Below, piece by piece: positions 1-11,733 of a stretch of 64,000 bases of DNA. Numbering within the stretch: the first letter of the stretch is position 1; every line of letters begins with the position of its first letter. The DNA is from Eledone cirrhosa. Lineage: Eukaryota. Location of the stretch: assembly GCA_964016885.1 (NCBI GenBank), contig OZ024746.1, positions 34,534,001 through 34,598,000 of the forward strand. Reading direction: 5' to 3'. The translations under genes and the position numbers were made by a program. The notes below the pieces were generated by a model that worked only from the letters and a program-made list of their open reading frames with translations, searched no databases and was not told where the DNA came from.

Positions 1-43
1 TTTGTTTTTATCGTCTCCGCTGAACCGGTACGTACTCACGCTC

Positions 44-78
44 TATGCAAATTAGTCTGCCCACTACTAATTTTCATA
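44..78 (+). promoter_or_regulatory. Octamer ATGCAAAT (45-52) in the 5' arm of an imperfect inverted repeat; present in every 466-bp unit
   Basis: TATGCAAATTAG-11 nt-CTAATTTTCATA. The motif is seen directly; its function is inferred. Confidence 0.45.
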
Positions 79-137
79 GAAAAAGCATATAACGATATGT
101 GCTTTTACGATTCTCTAGAAAGGCCGGAAGATAGGTA

Positions 138-182
138 AATATTGCTGATGAGATGTAACAACATCGAAACTAGTCCAATATT
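138..182 (+). ncRNA. Minimal type I hammerhead ribozyme, copy 1
   Basis: Stem I AATATTG/CAATATT, core CTGATGA, stem II GATGT-aaca-ACATC, GAAA, palindromic stem III ACTAGT, GTC cleavage triplet ending at 175. Confidence 0.92.
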
Positions 183-603
183 CCTTGTCTGGCTTTCTGG
201 AGAATAGAGGAAAGGTGTTTCCTCGAAAACCAGTATGACTCTAAAAACCGGTTTGTCTGTGTGTTTACATACAGAATAGCTGGACACTCACAGTAAAGTG
301 TCCAGTGAAAAACTCGGTACATCTACATATGTACACGTGTGTGTATTCATATGCATACTAGTATTTCAGTATACATATGTGGATGTACATTTTTAATTTA
401 ATTCTTTAAGCGTCAGTCATACAAAATTGAGTTACAAACGAAACGAAATTTAATTTCGTTTCGTTATTTGTTTTTATCGTCTCCGCTGAACCGGTACGTA
501 CTCACGCTCTATGCAAATTAGTCTGCCCACTACTAATTTTCATAGAAAAAGCATATAACGATATGTGCTTTTACGATTCTCTAGAAAGGCCGGAAGATAG
601 GTA

Positions 604-648
604 AATATTGCTGATGAGATGTAACAACATCGAAACTAGTCCAATATT
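604..648 (+). ncRNA. Minimal type I hammerhead ribozyme, copy 2
   Basis: Same sequence as 138-182. Confidence 0.92.
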
Positions 649-1069
649 CCTTGTCTGGCTTTCTGGAGAATAGAGGAAAGGTGTTTCCTCGAAAACCAGT
701 ATGACTCTAAAAACCGGTTTGTCTGTGTGTTTACATACAGAATAGCTGGACACTCACAGTAAAGTGTCCAGTGAAAAACTCGGTACATCTACATATGTAC
801 ACGTGTGTGTATTCATATGCATACTAGTATTTCAGTATACATATGTGGATGTACATTTTTAATTTAATTCTTTAAGCGTCAGTCATACAAAATTGAGTTA
901 CAAACGAAACGAAATTTAATTTCGTTTCGTTATTTGTTTTTATCGTCTCCGCTGAACCGGTACGTACTCACGCTCTATGCAAATTAGTCTGCCCACTACT
1001 AATTTTCATAGAAAAAGCATATAACGATATGTGCTTTTACGATTCTCTAGAAAGGCCGGAAGATAGGTA

Positions 1070-1114
1070 AATATTGCTGATGAGATGTAACAACATCGAA
1101 ACTAGTCCAATATT
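1070..1114 (+). ncRNA. Minimal type I hammerhead ribozyme, copy 3
   Basis: Same sequence as 138-182. Confidence 0.92.
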
Positions 1115-1535
1115 CCTTGTCTGGCTTTCTGGAGAATAGAGGAAAGGTGTTTCCTCGAAAACCAGTATGACTCTAAAAACCGGTTTGTCTGTGTGTTTAC
1201 ATACAGAATAGCTGGACACTCACAGTAAAGTGTCCAGTGAAAAACTCGGTACATCTACATATGTACACGTGTGTGTATTCATATGCATACTAGTATTTCA
1301 GTATACATATGTGGATGTACATTTTTAATTTAATTCTTTAAGCGTCAGTCATACAAAATTGAGTTACAAACGAAACGAAATTTAATTTCGTTTCGTTATT
1401 TGTTTTTATCGTCTCCGCTGAACCGGTACGTACTCACGCTCTATGCAAATTAGTCTGCCCACTACTAATTTTCATAGAAAAAGCATATAACGATATGTGC
1501 TTTTACGATTCTCTAGAAAGGCCGGAAGATAGGTA

Positions 1536-1580
1536 AATATTGCTGATGAGATGTAACAACATCGAAACTAGTCCAATATT
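1536..1580 (+). ncRNA. Minimal type I hammerhead ribozyme, copy 4
   Basis: Same sequence as 138-182. Confidence 0.92.
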
Positions 1581-1868
1581 CCTTGTCTGGCTTTCTGGAG
1601 AATAGAGGAAAGGTGTTTCCTCGAAAACCAGTATGACTCTAAAAACCGGTTTGTCTGTGTGTTTACATACAGAATAGCTGGACACTCACAGTAAAGTGTC
1701 CAGTGAAAAACTCGGTACATCTACATATGTACACGTGTGTGTATTCATATGCATACTAGTATTTCAGTATACATATGTGGATGTACATTTTTAATTTAAT
1801 TCTTTAAGCGTCAGTCATACAAAATTGAGTTACAAACGAAACGAAATTTAATTTCGTTTCGTTATTTG

Positions 1869-1902
<34 letters not shown>

Positions 1903-1909
<7 letters not shown>

Positions 1910-2269
1910 AAAAAGAGATGAAATCGAAAATGCAACTGAAGTCTTATTTTTTTTAAAAATATATATATTTATTTGGTTCCTTTACCGGTTTCGCAGTTCT
2001 TCTGCTTTTCAAAAGGTGAGTTGAGATGGAGGGTCTGTGGTTTTTCTCACATGGTTTTTTTCAGATGTGAGAAAAACCACAGACCCTCCATCTCAACTCA
2101 CCTTTTGAAAAGCAGACGAACTGCGAAACCGGTAAAGGAACCAAATAAATATATATATATTTTTAAAAAATAAGACTTCAGTTGCATTTTCGATTTCATC
2201 TCTTTTTCTTTATACTTTCACTCGTGTAGGACACCTCGGTTATTTTTTCATTTTGTAAAAAAACCTCAC

Positions 2270-2276
<7 letters not shown>
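1903..2276 (+). mobile_element. Fold-back PLE terminal-repeat (pLTR) derivative: about 150-bp inverted arms, 12-nt loop, about 60-nt tail
   Basis: 1903-2052 is the near-perfect reverse complement of 2065-2214. It is flanked by (TA)n and contains an HHR-like motif. A related, internally deleted copy lies at about 10947-11142. Confidence 0.75.
2101..2138 (+). ncRNA. Minimal HHR with U3:A8 variant core (mirror copy on - strand at about 1979-2016)
   Basis: CCTT / TTGAAAA / GCAG-acgaa-CTGC / GAAA / palindromic ACCGGT / GTA / AAGG. Confidence 0.7.
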
Positions 2277-2321
<45 letters not shown>

Positions 2322-2327
2322 TCATAC

Positions 2328-2409
<82 letters not shown>

Positions 2410-2415
2410 TCATAC

Positions 2416-2477
<62 letters not shown>

Positions 2478-5055
2478 TGAGAGAGACAGAGACAGACAAA
2501 GAGAGAGAGAGATAGGGGAATTAAATACATACAAACAGAGATGATAGATAGATAGATAGATATTTCAAACTCGAGCACAGTGAGGGTGAATTGTATCTCA
2601 CGAAAATGTCTAAATATTAACGAAAATGAATTCAATCAAAAATAACAAATGTCTCTGAATACAGTTGAATTAAGAAATAGTTTCAGGTCATCGGGAAACG
2701 AATTACAAAGATATTTTGAATGTATTTTTATTGAATGAGTCATTTTTCAATACTTTAGTATAATATAAATCTACATATATAATAGAACTAAAATAATTAT
2801 AAATATAAAGGAATGCAAGTATATAATTGCAATTCTAAATCTGTATATTATACCTATTACTGTTGTTAAAAATCTCATCGGTGGGGTGAGCTGTCATCAC
2901 ATAATGTACACTCAATATATAAATGAAAACCTTTTTCCCAACGTGTCTAAGGAAGTTATAACGTTTCTCTTGGGTTTCGTACTGAAGTTAGTTTCAATTT
3001 CTCCCACATTTTGCACCAGCATCACCAAGAGACTTCAAATTGGAAAGCGTTCCTCATGGCACATTATATGGTAATAGATTTAATACTCATAACTCTACTA
3101 TTATAATATCTACACTCTAGCGGAGTTTGCTTCGAACTTAAGATGAATAAAAACAAATATTGTACAACTGTGTTATTATCTCATTGAAGCTAACTATGTA
3201 TATAATGTATATAATATATTACCTATTCCTTGCCACACACCATATGTGTCTGTGTCCGACGATGGCATAGACAGGCTCCACGAATTACATATTAACTAGT
3301 TTAAATATAACACGAGGGGAAATTTCAGTCATATCTTACAAAAAAGATATATGATAATTTTCAATGACAAATTGTTTTCCTGTGAAGACAAACAATACAT
3401 AGCGATCAGTCATTTGAGGCTAGATAAAAAGTGATTGTTACAAGGTGAATCGAAATGAATGGACTAATATACAGCAATGATTTCGATCTAACGCTGTACT
3501 TAGAAAAGCTCTACATATCACAACTTAGAATTAAATTCCGTAGGGACGTTATATTAACTGAACTATTAACACATAGGCGTTACAAAACTTGTCTAAATGA
3601 AGAATATGGAAGTAATGAGCAAGTAATTAAAAATTAATTAGTGTTAACAAAATTCAGTGTGAATGAAATAAAACTGCAAAAATTCATTTCGGATATTAGA
3701 AACTGAGAATCTCTCAACATACCGCATCGATGAAGTTCGCGACAAGTGTCTTTCGTTTTACATTCGCTTCAACATTGATTTAGAAATCCACCTCAAATCT
3801 TTTCGTAGAAAGCTGAATGCAAGTAAGCATAGCAATATTTTACACTAACTCTTTCATTACCACACTTCTATTGAAACAACGGTGCTCTGATTTGTAAATG
3901 ATGTTGAAAGGAAATCTAGAATTTGAATGAATTTAATGAAATAACTGACGTTTTAATTAATGATTTATTTTTGGGACGTCAGCTTTAGAATCTTTTAAGG
4001 ATAAATATGAACGCATTATATCAAACAACTTTGAATTGTTCACCCAAGATCAGTTACTTGTGTGATTAATATGAGAGACTTGCTCTCTTCCCTCTCTTGT
4101 TAGTGGTGGTGGTGAAGTTGGTAGATGTAGTAGGTGGTATTATTCGATGTAGTGCTGGTGATTGGCCACATATCGGAACTTTATTTGATCTGGACAGTAG
4201 TCTGTCTTCTCAGGGTTTTTATGTTTCTTATTTCTGTTACATTACTGCTGCGAGTGACAGAGTTGTTACTTTGCATGCCGTTTGTACTGCGACGCACAAG
4301 TACCATGTAAGCTTATTTGAAAAATGTTATATTCAATGTGATGGACACATAACAAAGTTTGCAATAGATGCTCCCTTTAAAAAGAGATAGTTAGTTGGAT
4401 TCTAATTTAGCACCTGAAAGACAAGTCAATTCCCGCCGTTGGTGGTATAGTCACCAGATATATTGAAGTTGTAATCAAAATACTAACTACTTTTTTTTTT
4501 TGTTTCAGCCTTTCCGAGGAATAAAGCGTGTGATGATATAAATAGAGGTGTTCTCCGTGTCACCAAGTGATTTGCTAAAATCAAGTTGACCTTTAAACGG
4601 TATTTGATCAAACGATCCATTTCATCGTATGTGCAAATGGTTCATACCTTATCGTAGTTATTTGCCAACATATGACCATGTGAATGTTTGCTTTACGTAG
4701 AAGTTTCGTGGTTTTCACGTAGGTCGATCTACTGCCAATAATCGCTACTAATGACACACATGAATGAGCAAAGGCTGTGACATAAGAGAATCACACTCAT
4801 CATAAGATCTCCAAGTAGATACAGTTTCGTCTCTGAAAGAAGTCTAGGGTATGATTTCCCGTCAGTTCCAAGTTTTCCCTCAATTGTTGAACTCAGAATA
4901 TATTCTCTTCAGAAATTCTATACATTATTTGAAAAATATATTAGATTATGAATGTTCGAATAGAATCTGAAACAAAGAAATATGTTAAATTTTAGAGCAT
5001 ATCTGATCACATTTCTTATCGTTTGTACAGAATTGAAATATTCATACCAGATTCA

Positions 5056-5186
<131 letters not shown>

Positions 5187-5972
5187 TGTGTGTATGTATG
5201 TGCGAGTGTGCGGGGCGTTGTTGTAAGATATATGTTAGTATTAGATGTTTTTATTTTGTTGAATGATTAGCGGTATGATCAAAGATATTCCAATCAGAAG
5301 TATCACAATTTCGGTAGCATACATATAGTAACTTTTATCGAATAAAATCTATTTAATTTGGTTTTCCAGATTGGCATGTGCTATTAAATAGATTTGACTG
5401 TTATTACAATCAAGTCGAACTAGTTTGCAACAATAGCTCATTGACTGAATACCCGTTGATCATGTAGTAAAAGGTAAAATTTAATAAGCAAACACTTCCC
5501 GCGATATATCGGCTCTATGAATTACAGTATAGCAGACACTTTCTAACAAACAATGACAACTTAAATAGAATAATATGTCGTCTATCACTTCGTCACCAGA
5601 AATAATTATTTTGTTGAGTTTTCACTGCCATCGTTTAATAGGAAATAGCTAGAATATTGGTATATTTGTAATTACCTTTTATAATTACGGTGTCAATTAA
5701 GCTTCTTTTCAAAGTGTCCTTCTAGATGGAGAAACAATCGATCTAAGAGGAAATGAAATATGAGACTTATTGAAATATTTGACCTTGAAGGCGCATTGGT
5801 TTCAAACAGTCTCTTTTATCATTTAACTCATAAGTAAAATATTGTTTAATGTGTCGATGTATATATTTATATGTGTGCAATACTGTGTATGCTTTTAATA
5901 TAAATGGATGAATGTGGAAAATTCAACAAATATAACCTCATAAATAAATTTCAAAATTGTTTACTACATATA

Positions 5973-6019
<47 letters not shown>

Positions 6020-6290
6020 AAAGGGCATGCTGCGGGGTTGCAAATGGGTTACATATGATAAAATTAGTCCTTCATCAGATATCTTCCAGCCTTCATTGGT
6101 ATTTCATCGCTTTAAACACATCATATATCTGTGGTAGGTGCGAGCAACGGCTAAAGAAAGTCGTTGGGACACGTAAAATAGGGGTAACGAGCGAGACAGT
6201 AAACAAAGAAAGAAAGACGGTAATGCAACGAAAAGTAAGGAAGAAGGAGTCAAGTCCCTGAAATCGATGAACATAAGTTCTGTGAAATCG

Positions 6291-6409
<119 letters not shown>

Positions 6410-6465
6410 GTATATATAATATATATATGTATATATGTATATATACATGTACATATGCATACATA

Positions 6466-6511
<46 letters not shown>

Positions 6512-6645
6512 GTATATATATGTATATATATATATACATGTACATATTCATACATATATATGTGTGTATATATATATATAATATATATATATGTATATAT
6601 ATATACATGTACATATGCATACATATATATGTATATATATATTTA

Positions 6646-6721
<76 letters not shown>

Positions 6722-7202
6722 AACCAGTAAGACCCCGACAGCTGGGCTGAAGCCGTTTCGACGGCTAATTCTGGACTAAATGAAAATTTATCCGGGTATT
6801 TAAATAGCCGATCTTCTCAAGGGGTAATTCCATATATGGTCAAAGTGATTGTCAAAAATCAGTAGTAATTCTGTGGTTGCAAATTAGTAGGGGAGATGGT
6901 GGCTAAACCTGCCAGTAGGAGAAAGAGGGGAGGGAGTGGAGTAGACCCAATCAGGCGTTTGTAGTGCCAGCTACAGCTGGGCATGAGGTCAAAGAAGATA
7001 CAGGGGAGGGGGAGGGGAGGAAGTCGGAACGGTAGGTAGTACAATGGGGGGTAGAAATATATAGGAAAGAAAAAATACTGAGAGTGAAGAAAAGCAAATA
7101 AGTGTAAAGAAAAACAAATGAGTGTAAAGAAAAAAGTAAAGTAAATTAAATTCTACGACCTAGGTCTCTAGCTATTGTTAGGCTAGAATAAATAAATAAA
7201 TA

Positions 7203-8833
7203 AAGACATACTTCACACTGAAGGACCATAAATCCGATTTTGACCGTAAACCTTCTATCAGGCTTATTAACCCAACGAAGTCCGACATAGGGAGAATCAG
7301 CAACAAAATCCTAGACCGCGTGATACCAAAAGTCAAGCAACACACCCGACTTAGCCTATGGATCAACACCCAGGAAGTAATCTCCTGGTTCAGCAATATG
7401 GAGGATAAACGAGAAACTAAATTCATACAGTTCGACATAGAGAGCTACTATGCTTCAATCACCTTACCGCTACTTACTGCCGCCTTGGACTTCGCCGAAA
7501 CACTTGTGCCCATCACCGACCAGGAAAGAAAAATCATCCTCCACGCCAGGAAGACAGTCTTACTCTTTGACGACTCTAAATGGATAAAAAGAGCTCCCGA
7601 CTCACCCTTCGACGTCAGCATGGGCGCCACGGATTCGGCGGAGGTCACAGATCTTATAGGATTATTCCTAATAGCCAAACTCACTGATAGTTTCCTGCAT
7701 TTGGTGGTGGATTGTACCGTGATGATGGGCTCCTTACCCTTAAAGGGTACAACCCCAGTAGTACAGATCGGGTCCGGAAACGATTAATAAGATTCTTCCG
7801 CGACTGGGGATTTAAAATAACCCTACAAACGTCCCTGACCAGAGTAAACTTCCTGGACGTGACCCTCGACCTCGAAAACGACCTGTACTACCCATACAGG
7901 AAACCTAATGACAATCTGCACTACATCCACCGCCGATCAAACCACCCTAGGAACATCACAAACAACCTGGTCAAAAACATCTCCCTCCGCATATCCCGTT
8001 TGTCAGCTAATGAGCGGATATTCGATGAACATGCGCCTTATTACAACCAGGCCCTCCAGCGGAGTGGTTTCCGGGAGGAAATATCCTACTGTCCAGCTCC
8101 CATTAGCGGAACCAGCAGGAGACACCGCCGCTCACGCAATGTAACATGGTTCAATCCTCCCCACAACGCAGAGGTGACAACTCCCATCGGGAAACTATTC
8201 TTTAGGCTCATTGAAAAAGACTTCCCATTACAACACCGCTACCACAACATAATTAACAAAAATACCATCAAATTCTCTTACAGCACTACACCAAACTTCG
8301 CACAAAACATCGTCTCCTCTAACAACAAAAAATGCTACCCCGATGGCAGAAATAACCTAAATAGCAGTGGAGAACCGACCAGGAGGTGTAACTGCCCGGA
8401 TAGATCTATTTGCCCACTCGACAATAGATGCAGAGACCGTAATGTGATCTACCAGTGCAACGTGAGGACGGATGCCTCCAACAAAGCCTATATAGGACTT
8501 ACCGCATGTGACTTCAAGACCCGGCTATACCAACATAGACATACCTTCCGAAACCCGGCCCGGCGTCACGCCACTACACTTTCGGGCCACATATGGGACC
8601 TCAAGGACAACAACATCACCTATGATCTCACTTGGAGATTACTGTCCAGAGCCAATTCTTACACGGGAGGACGCCGTCCGTGCAATTTATGCTCGGAGGA
8701 AACTTTACAAATGCTGTTTTCGACGGACCAACTCCTAAACAAGAAAGATGAACTGGTTACTGCATGTAAACATAGATTGCGTAGGACTTACCTCGCCCTC
8801 AAACCCCATAATGACCCGGGGGGGGGGACGTAG
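7203..8833 (+). pseudogene. PLE reverse transcriptase + GIY-YIG endonuclease, 5'-truncated, one frameshift near 7695
   Basis: Motifs TLKDHK, RLINP, FDIESYY, SMGA, YRDDGL, FLDVTL, WFNPP, CNC-CPL-C linker, IYQC...YIGLT, CNLC. Confidence 0.9.
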
Positions 8834-9971
8834 ACTAGGGCTATAACACCCCACTTGCCGATTTTGCAATGGGTAACCCCTGCTTGCCAAGGGAGACGTA
8901 AGATCTTCTTTGTATTCTTTTATCGCTTCCTTTATTTCCTTCCTTCCCCCTCTCTCCTTAGTCCTTCTACCCCAGCTCTTCTCCTTTGTCGGCGTCTTTT
9001 CTCGCCCACCCGAGGCTGCCCTTTGGCCCCTTGTAGCCTTAGTACCCCCACCCCCTCCCCTAGTATAGGATAGATTTGGCGGACTCCGCCCTTTATAGCA
9101 GTTGGTTTAGACCCCGGATACTTTGTCCCCTTTTTCCGACCACTCCCACTATTCTCTGTGCCCTCTATATTTCTTAGTGGCACTTATGCCTTATTTTTTC
9201 GTTTCAGTATTTCTTTCTTCGCTTTTCTTTTGGGCGGGGTGGATTCTGAATTTATTTTTCCGTATTCTACCTTTACTTCGTACGAACTTTCATGTAGCTT
9301 GTTTTAGATCTTTTAGAGTTAGCATTAGTATATATTTTTCTCGGGACTCAGAATTATTATCTCGTATTAGTTCACTTTGCTGCACTGGGTGGTTGCTGGA
9401 ATTGTGCCCGGGATGGAAACCTTTATTGTTTATTTCGTGGTAGTCTCTTTAGTATTTTGGCCCCTTTTGTTGACCCGTCACCGTATCATTTACGTACTTA
9501 TACCTCTTAAAAGTGTCCTCGCCTATTTCGTCCCACCTAGTTTTTTTACTTATTTCGTTATTTCTTTATTTCGTCCTTTACTTCTTTATTTATTTATTTA
9601 TTTATTTATTCTAGCCTAACAATAGCTAGAGACCTAGGTCGTAGAATTTAATTTACTTTACTTTTTTCTTTACACTCATTTGTTTTTCTTTACACTTATT
9701 TGCTTTTCTTCACTCTCAGTATTTTTTCTTTCCTATATATTTCTACCCCCATTGTTCTACCTACCGTTCCGACTTCCTCCCCCTCCCCCTCCCCTGTATC
9801 TTCTTTGACCTCATGCCCAGCTGTAGCTGGCACTACAAACGCCTGATTGGGTCTACTCCACCCCCTCCCCTCTTTCTCCTACTGGCAGGTTTAGCCACCA
9901 TCTCCCCTACTAATTTGCAACCACAGAATTACTACTGATTTTTGACAATCACTTTGACCATATATGGAATT

Positions 9972-10065
9972 ACCCCTTGAGAAGATCGGCTATTTAAATA
10001 CCCGGATAAATTTTCATTTAGTCCAGAATTAGCCGTCGAAACGGCTTGAGCTCAGCTGTCGGGGT
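9972..10065 (+). ncRNA. Type I HHR in PLE1 pLTR with U3:A8 core and long stem II (mirror copy at 6732-6825, - strand)
   Basis: Stem I ACCCC/GGGGT, core TTGAGAA, stem II GATCGGCTA...TAGCCGTC, GAAA, stem III ACGGCT-tgagctc-AGCTGT, GTC ending at 10060. Confidence 0.8.
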
Positions 10066-10156
10066 CTTACTGGTTCCTATTACCCACTCTACTACCTCAA
10101 GTATTGAGTACTTTGGTGCGTTATGGTCCACCTGGTTCCTTACCACATTTCCTTCG

Positions 10157-10188
<32 letters not shown>

Positions 10189-10893
10189 GTGTGCACGCGC
10201 AAGGGTGCGAGCTGACGGACAATCACACGTACGTACTCTATGATAAAATAAGCATTGCAATTCTTTACACTTCTCGATCCTAACACACAGGTTTTCTATT
10301 ACAATTTATATTTTTCAAAATTTTTTATATTGGTTGTAACATATACGCATTCTTTATTTGTTTTGCAACCCCTCCCTCACTCCTACCACTTGAAATGTTG
10401 GCAGGATAGATGCCAGCCTACACACATATAATCTTCAGACCATAGCAGCAGCATACTAATGCTGACCTGCTAGATGACTCCTTAACACCACTTCCGTTAC
10501 CAACACAATGGAGGAGGTCAGTAGTACTTAAACATTCTGACAAAAACAACTATACCAGGCTGACTTGCCTCAGAAGGATTTCTATAGACTTTTCACTAAG
10601 GAATGGTCTCAAAACTGACCAATGGGATACGAGTGTGTCCAATGACTCTGAAATTCGTTTGTTGTAGCACATATGATTCCAGTTCCTCGGAGGAATAAAA
10701 GCACTCTCAGCAGCTGGACATTTAGTTGTATTGGCGGAGTGAACACACCTCAACAACACGTGTACCTGTATTTTCCACACCAATTCGGACTGCCTGAAGA
10801 GGTCTCATCCAATGATGGCTGTCACCGAAATATTTTTGCAGTAAATTTATAATTTATAATAAACGAAGCCAAATTTTAGATATTTAACACAAT

Positions 10894-10946
<53 letters not shown>

Positions 10947-10948
<2 letters not shown>

Positions 10949-11142
10949 TAAAAAAAGAAAAAAGGATGAAATTGAAAATGCAACTGGAGTCTTATTTAAA
11001 AAATATATATATATTTATTTGTTTCTTTAACCGGTTTCGCAGTTCTGCTTTTTTTCATCATCTTTTTTTCTTTATACATTCACTCGTGTAGGACACCTCG
11101 GTTATTTTTCATTTTGTAAAAAAAAAACCTCACATTCTAATA
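10947..11142. mobile_element. Internally deleted copy of the 1903-2276 fold-back element
   Basis: Shares GATGAAAT.GAAAATGCAACTG, CCGGTTTCGCAGTTCT and the tail CACTCGTGTAGGACACCTCGG; flanked by (TA)n. Confidence 0.8.
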
Positions 11143-11325
11143 AATATATATATATATATATATATGGAGGAGGTTATAGTTCACTTGAAGCATTGTGTAA
11201 TGAGGTATAAACGTTAGAATATGTGTAATAAGGCCAAGACAATGCAGATATGGACATAGAAAAAGAATGCAATAGTGAGAGATATTGGTGAGAATTAGTC
11301 TTTCACCTTGAATTTATTTAAATGT

Positions 11326-11360
11326 CCTTAATTTTCGAGATAATATCTCTTCTTCGGAGG
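11326..11360 (-). ncRNA. Candidate ultra-minimal HHR in PLE2 pLTR (mirror copy at 14887-14921, + strand)
   Basis: CCT / CCGAAGA + extra A / GAGATA-t-TATCTC / GAAA / palindromic AATT / TTA / AGG. It has a U4C variant and a short stem I. Confidence 0.5.
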
Positions 11361-11733
11361 GAAGTAAAAGTCTCAGACCAGCGTCTAAATTTCCAATGAA
11401 GCCATGCTGACCGGAAATAGTATAGAGTTCTAACTTTAATATCAAAGAATTAAAATTAGGTGGGTAAAGAGTAGTCTCCCTTTAAGAGGGGTTTGTTTAT
11501 GTTTTTGTTGTGTTATGTACATTTTATATGCGTGCCTGTATGTGTGGGAGAAAGCATGAAGGTGTAGGTATGTGTGTGTGTGTGAGTGTGGGAAGATAGG
11601 TCTAATCGTAAAAGTGGGGGGTAGGTGTTATCTGGTGTTAGAACTGGTTTTGTGTGTGTATGTGTGAGAGAGAATAAGTGGGGGTGTGTGCGTGCGTGTG
11701 TGTGGGGTGTGTAAAGTGGGGCTAGAGGCCCTA

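Larger units (their letters stand above)
1..1874 (+). repeat. Tandem array of four apparently identical 466-bp units, each carrying a hammerhead ribozyme (non-LTR retrozyme-like); runs off the window start
   Basis: Unit start TTTGTTTTTATCGTCTCC recurs at 1, 467, 933 and 1399. The same 60-aa ORF recurs at 466-bp spacing. The array ends in (TA)n. Confidence 0.95.
6719..10158 (+). mobile_element. Penelope-like element 1, 5'-truncated, with inverted pLTR copy at the 5' end, inserted in (TA)n
   Basis: 6719-7205 is the reverse complement of about 9584-10080. An unpaired tail of about 80 nt follows. RT and GIY-YIG coding sequence lies between the arms. Confidence 0.92.

Noticed and set aside
105-1685. 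Repeated 60-aa ORF (MSSYSVCKH...) as a tandem small-protein gene
   Set aside because: It is antisense to the ribozyme, has no recognisable motif, and is not apparent in the related units at 55 and 62 kb.
1-1874. CRISPR-like array
   Set aside because: Units are identical end to end with no variable spacers; the context is eukaryotic and there are no cas genes.
6016-6290. Possible pLTR/HHR relic between (TA)n tracts
   Set aside because: Only a short AATTAGTC.TTCA match to the PLE2 end; core elements are not in HHR order.
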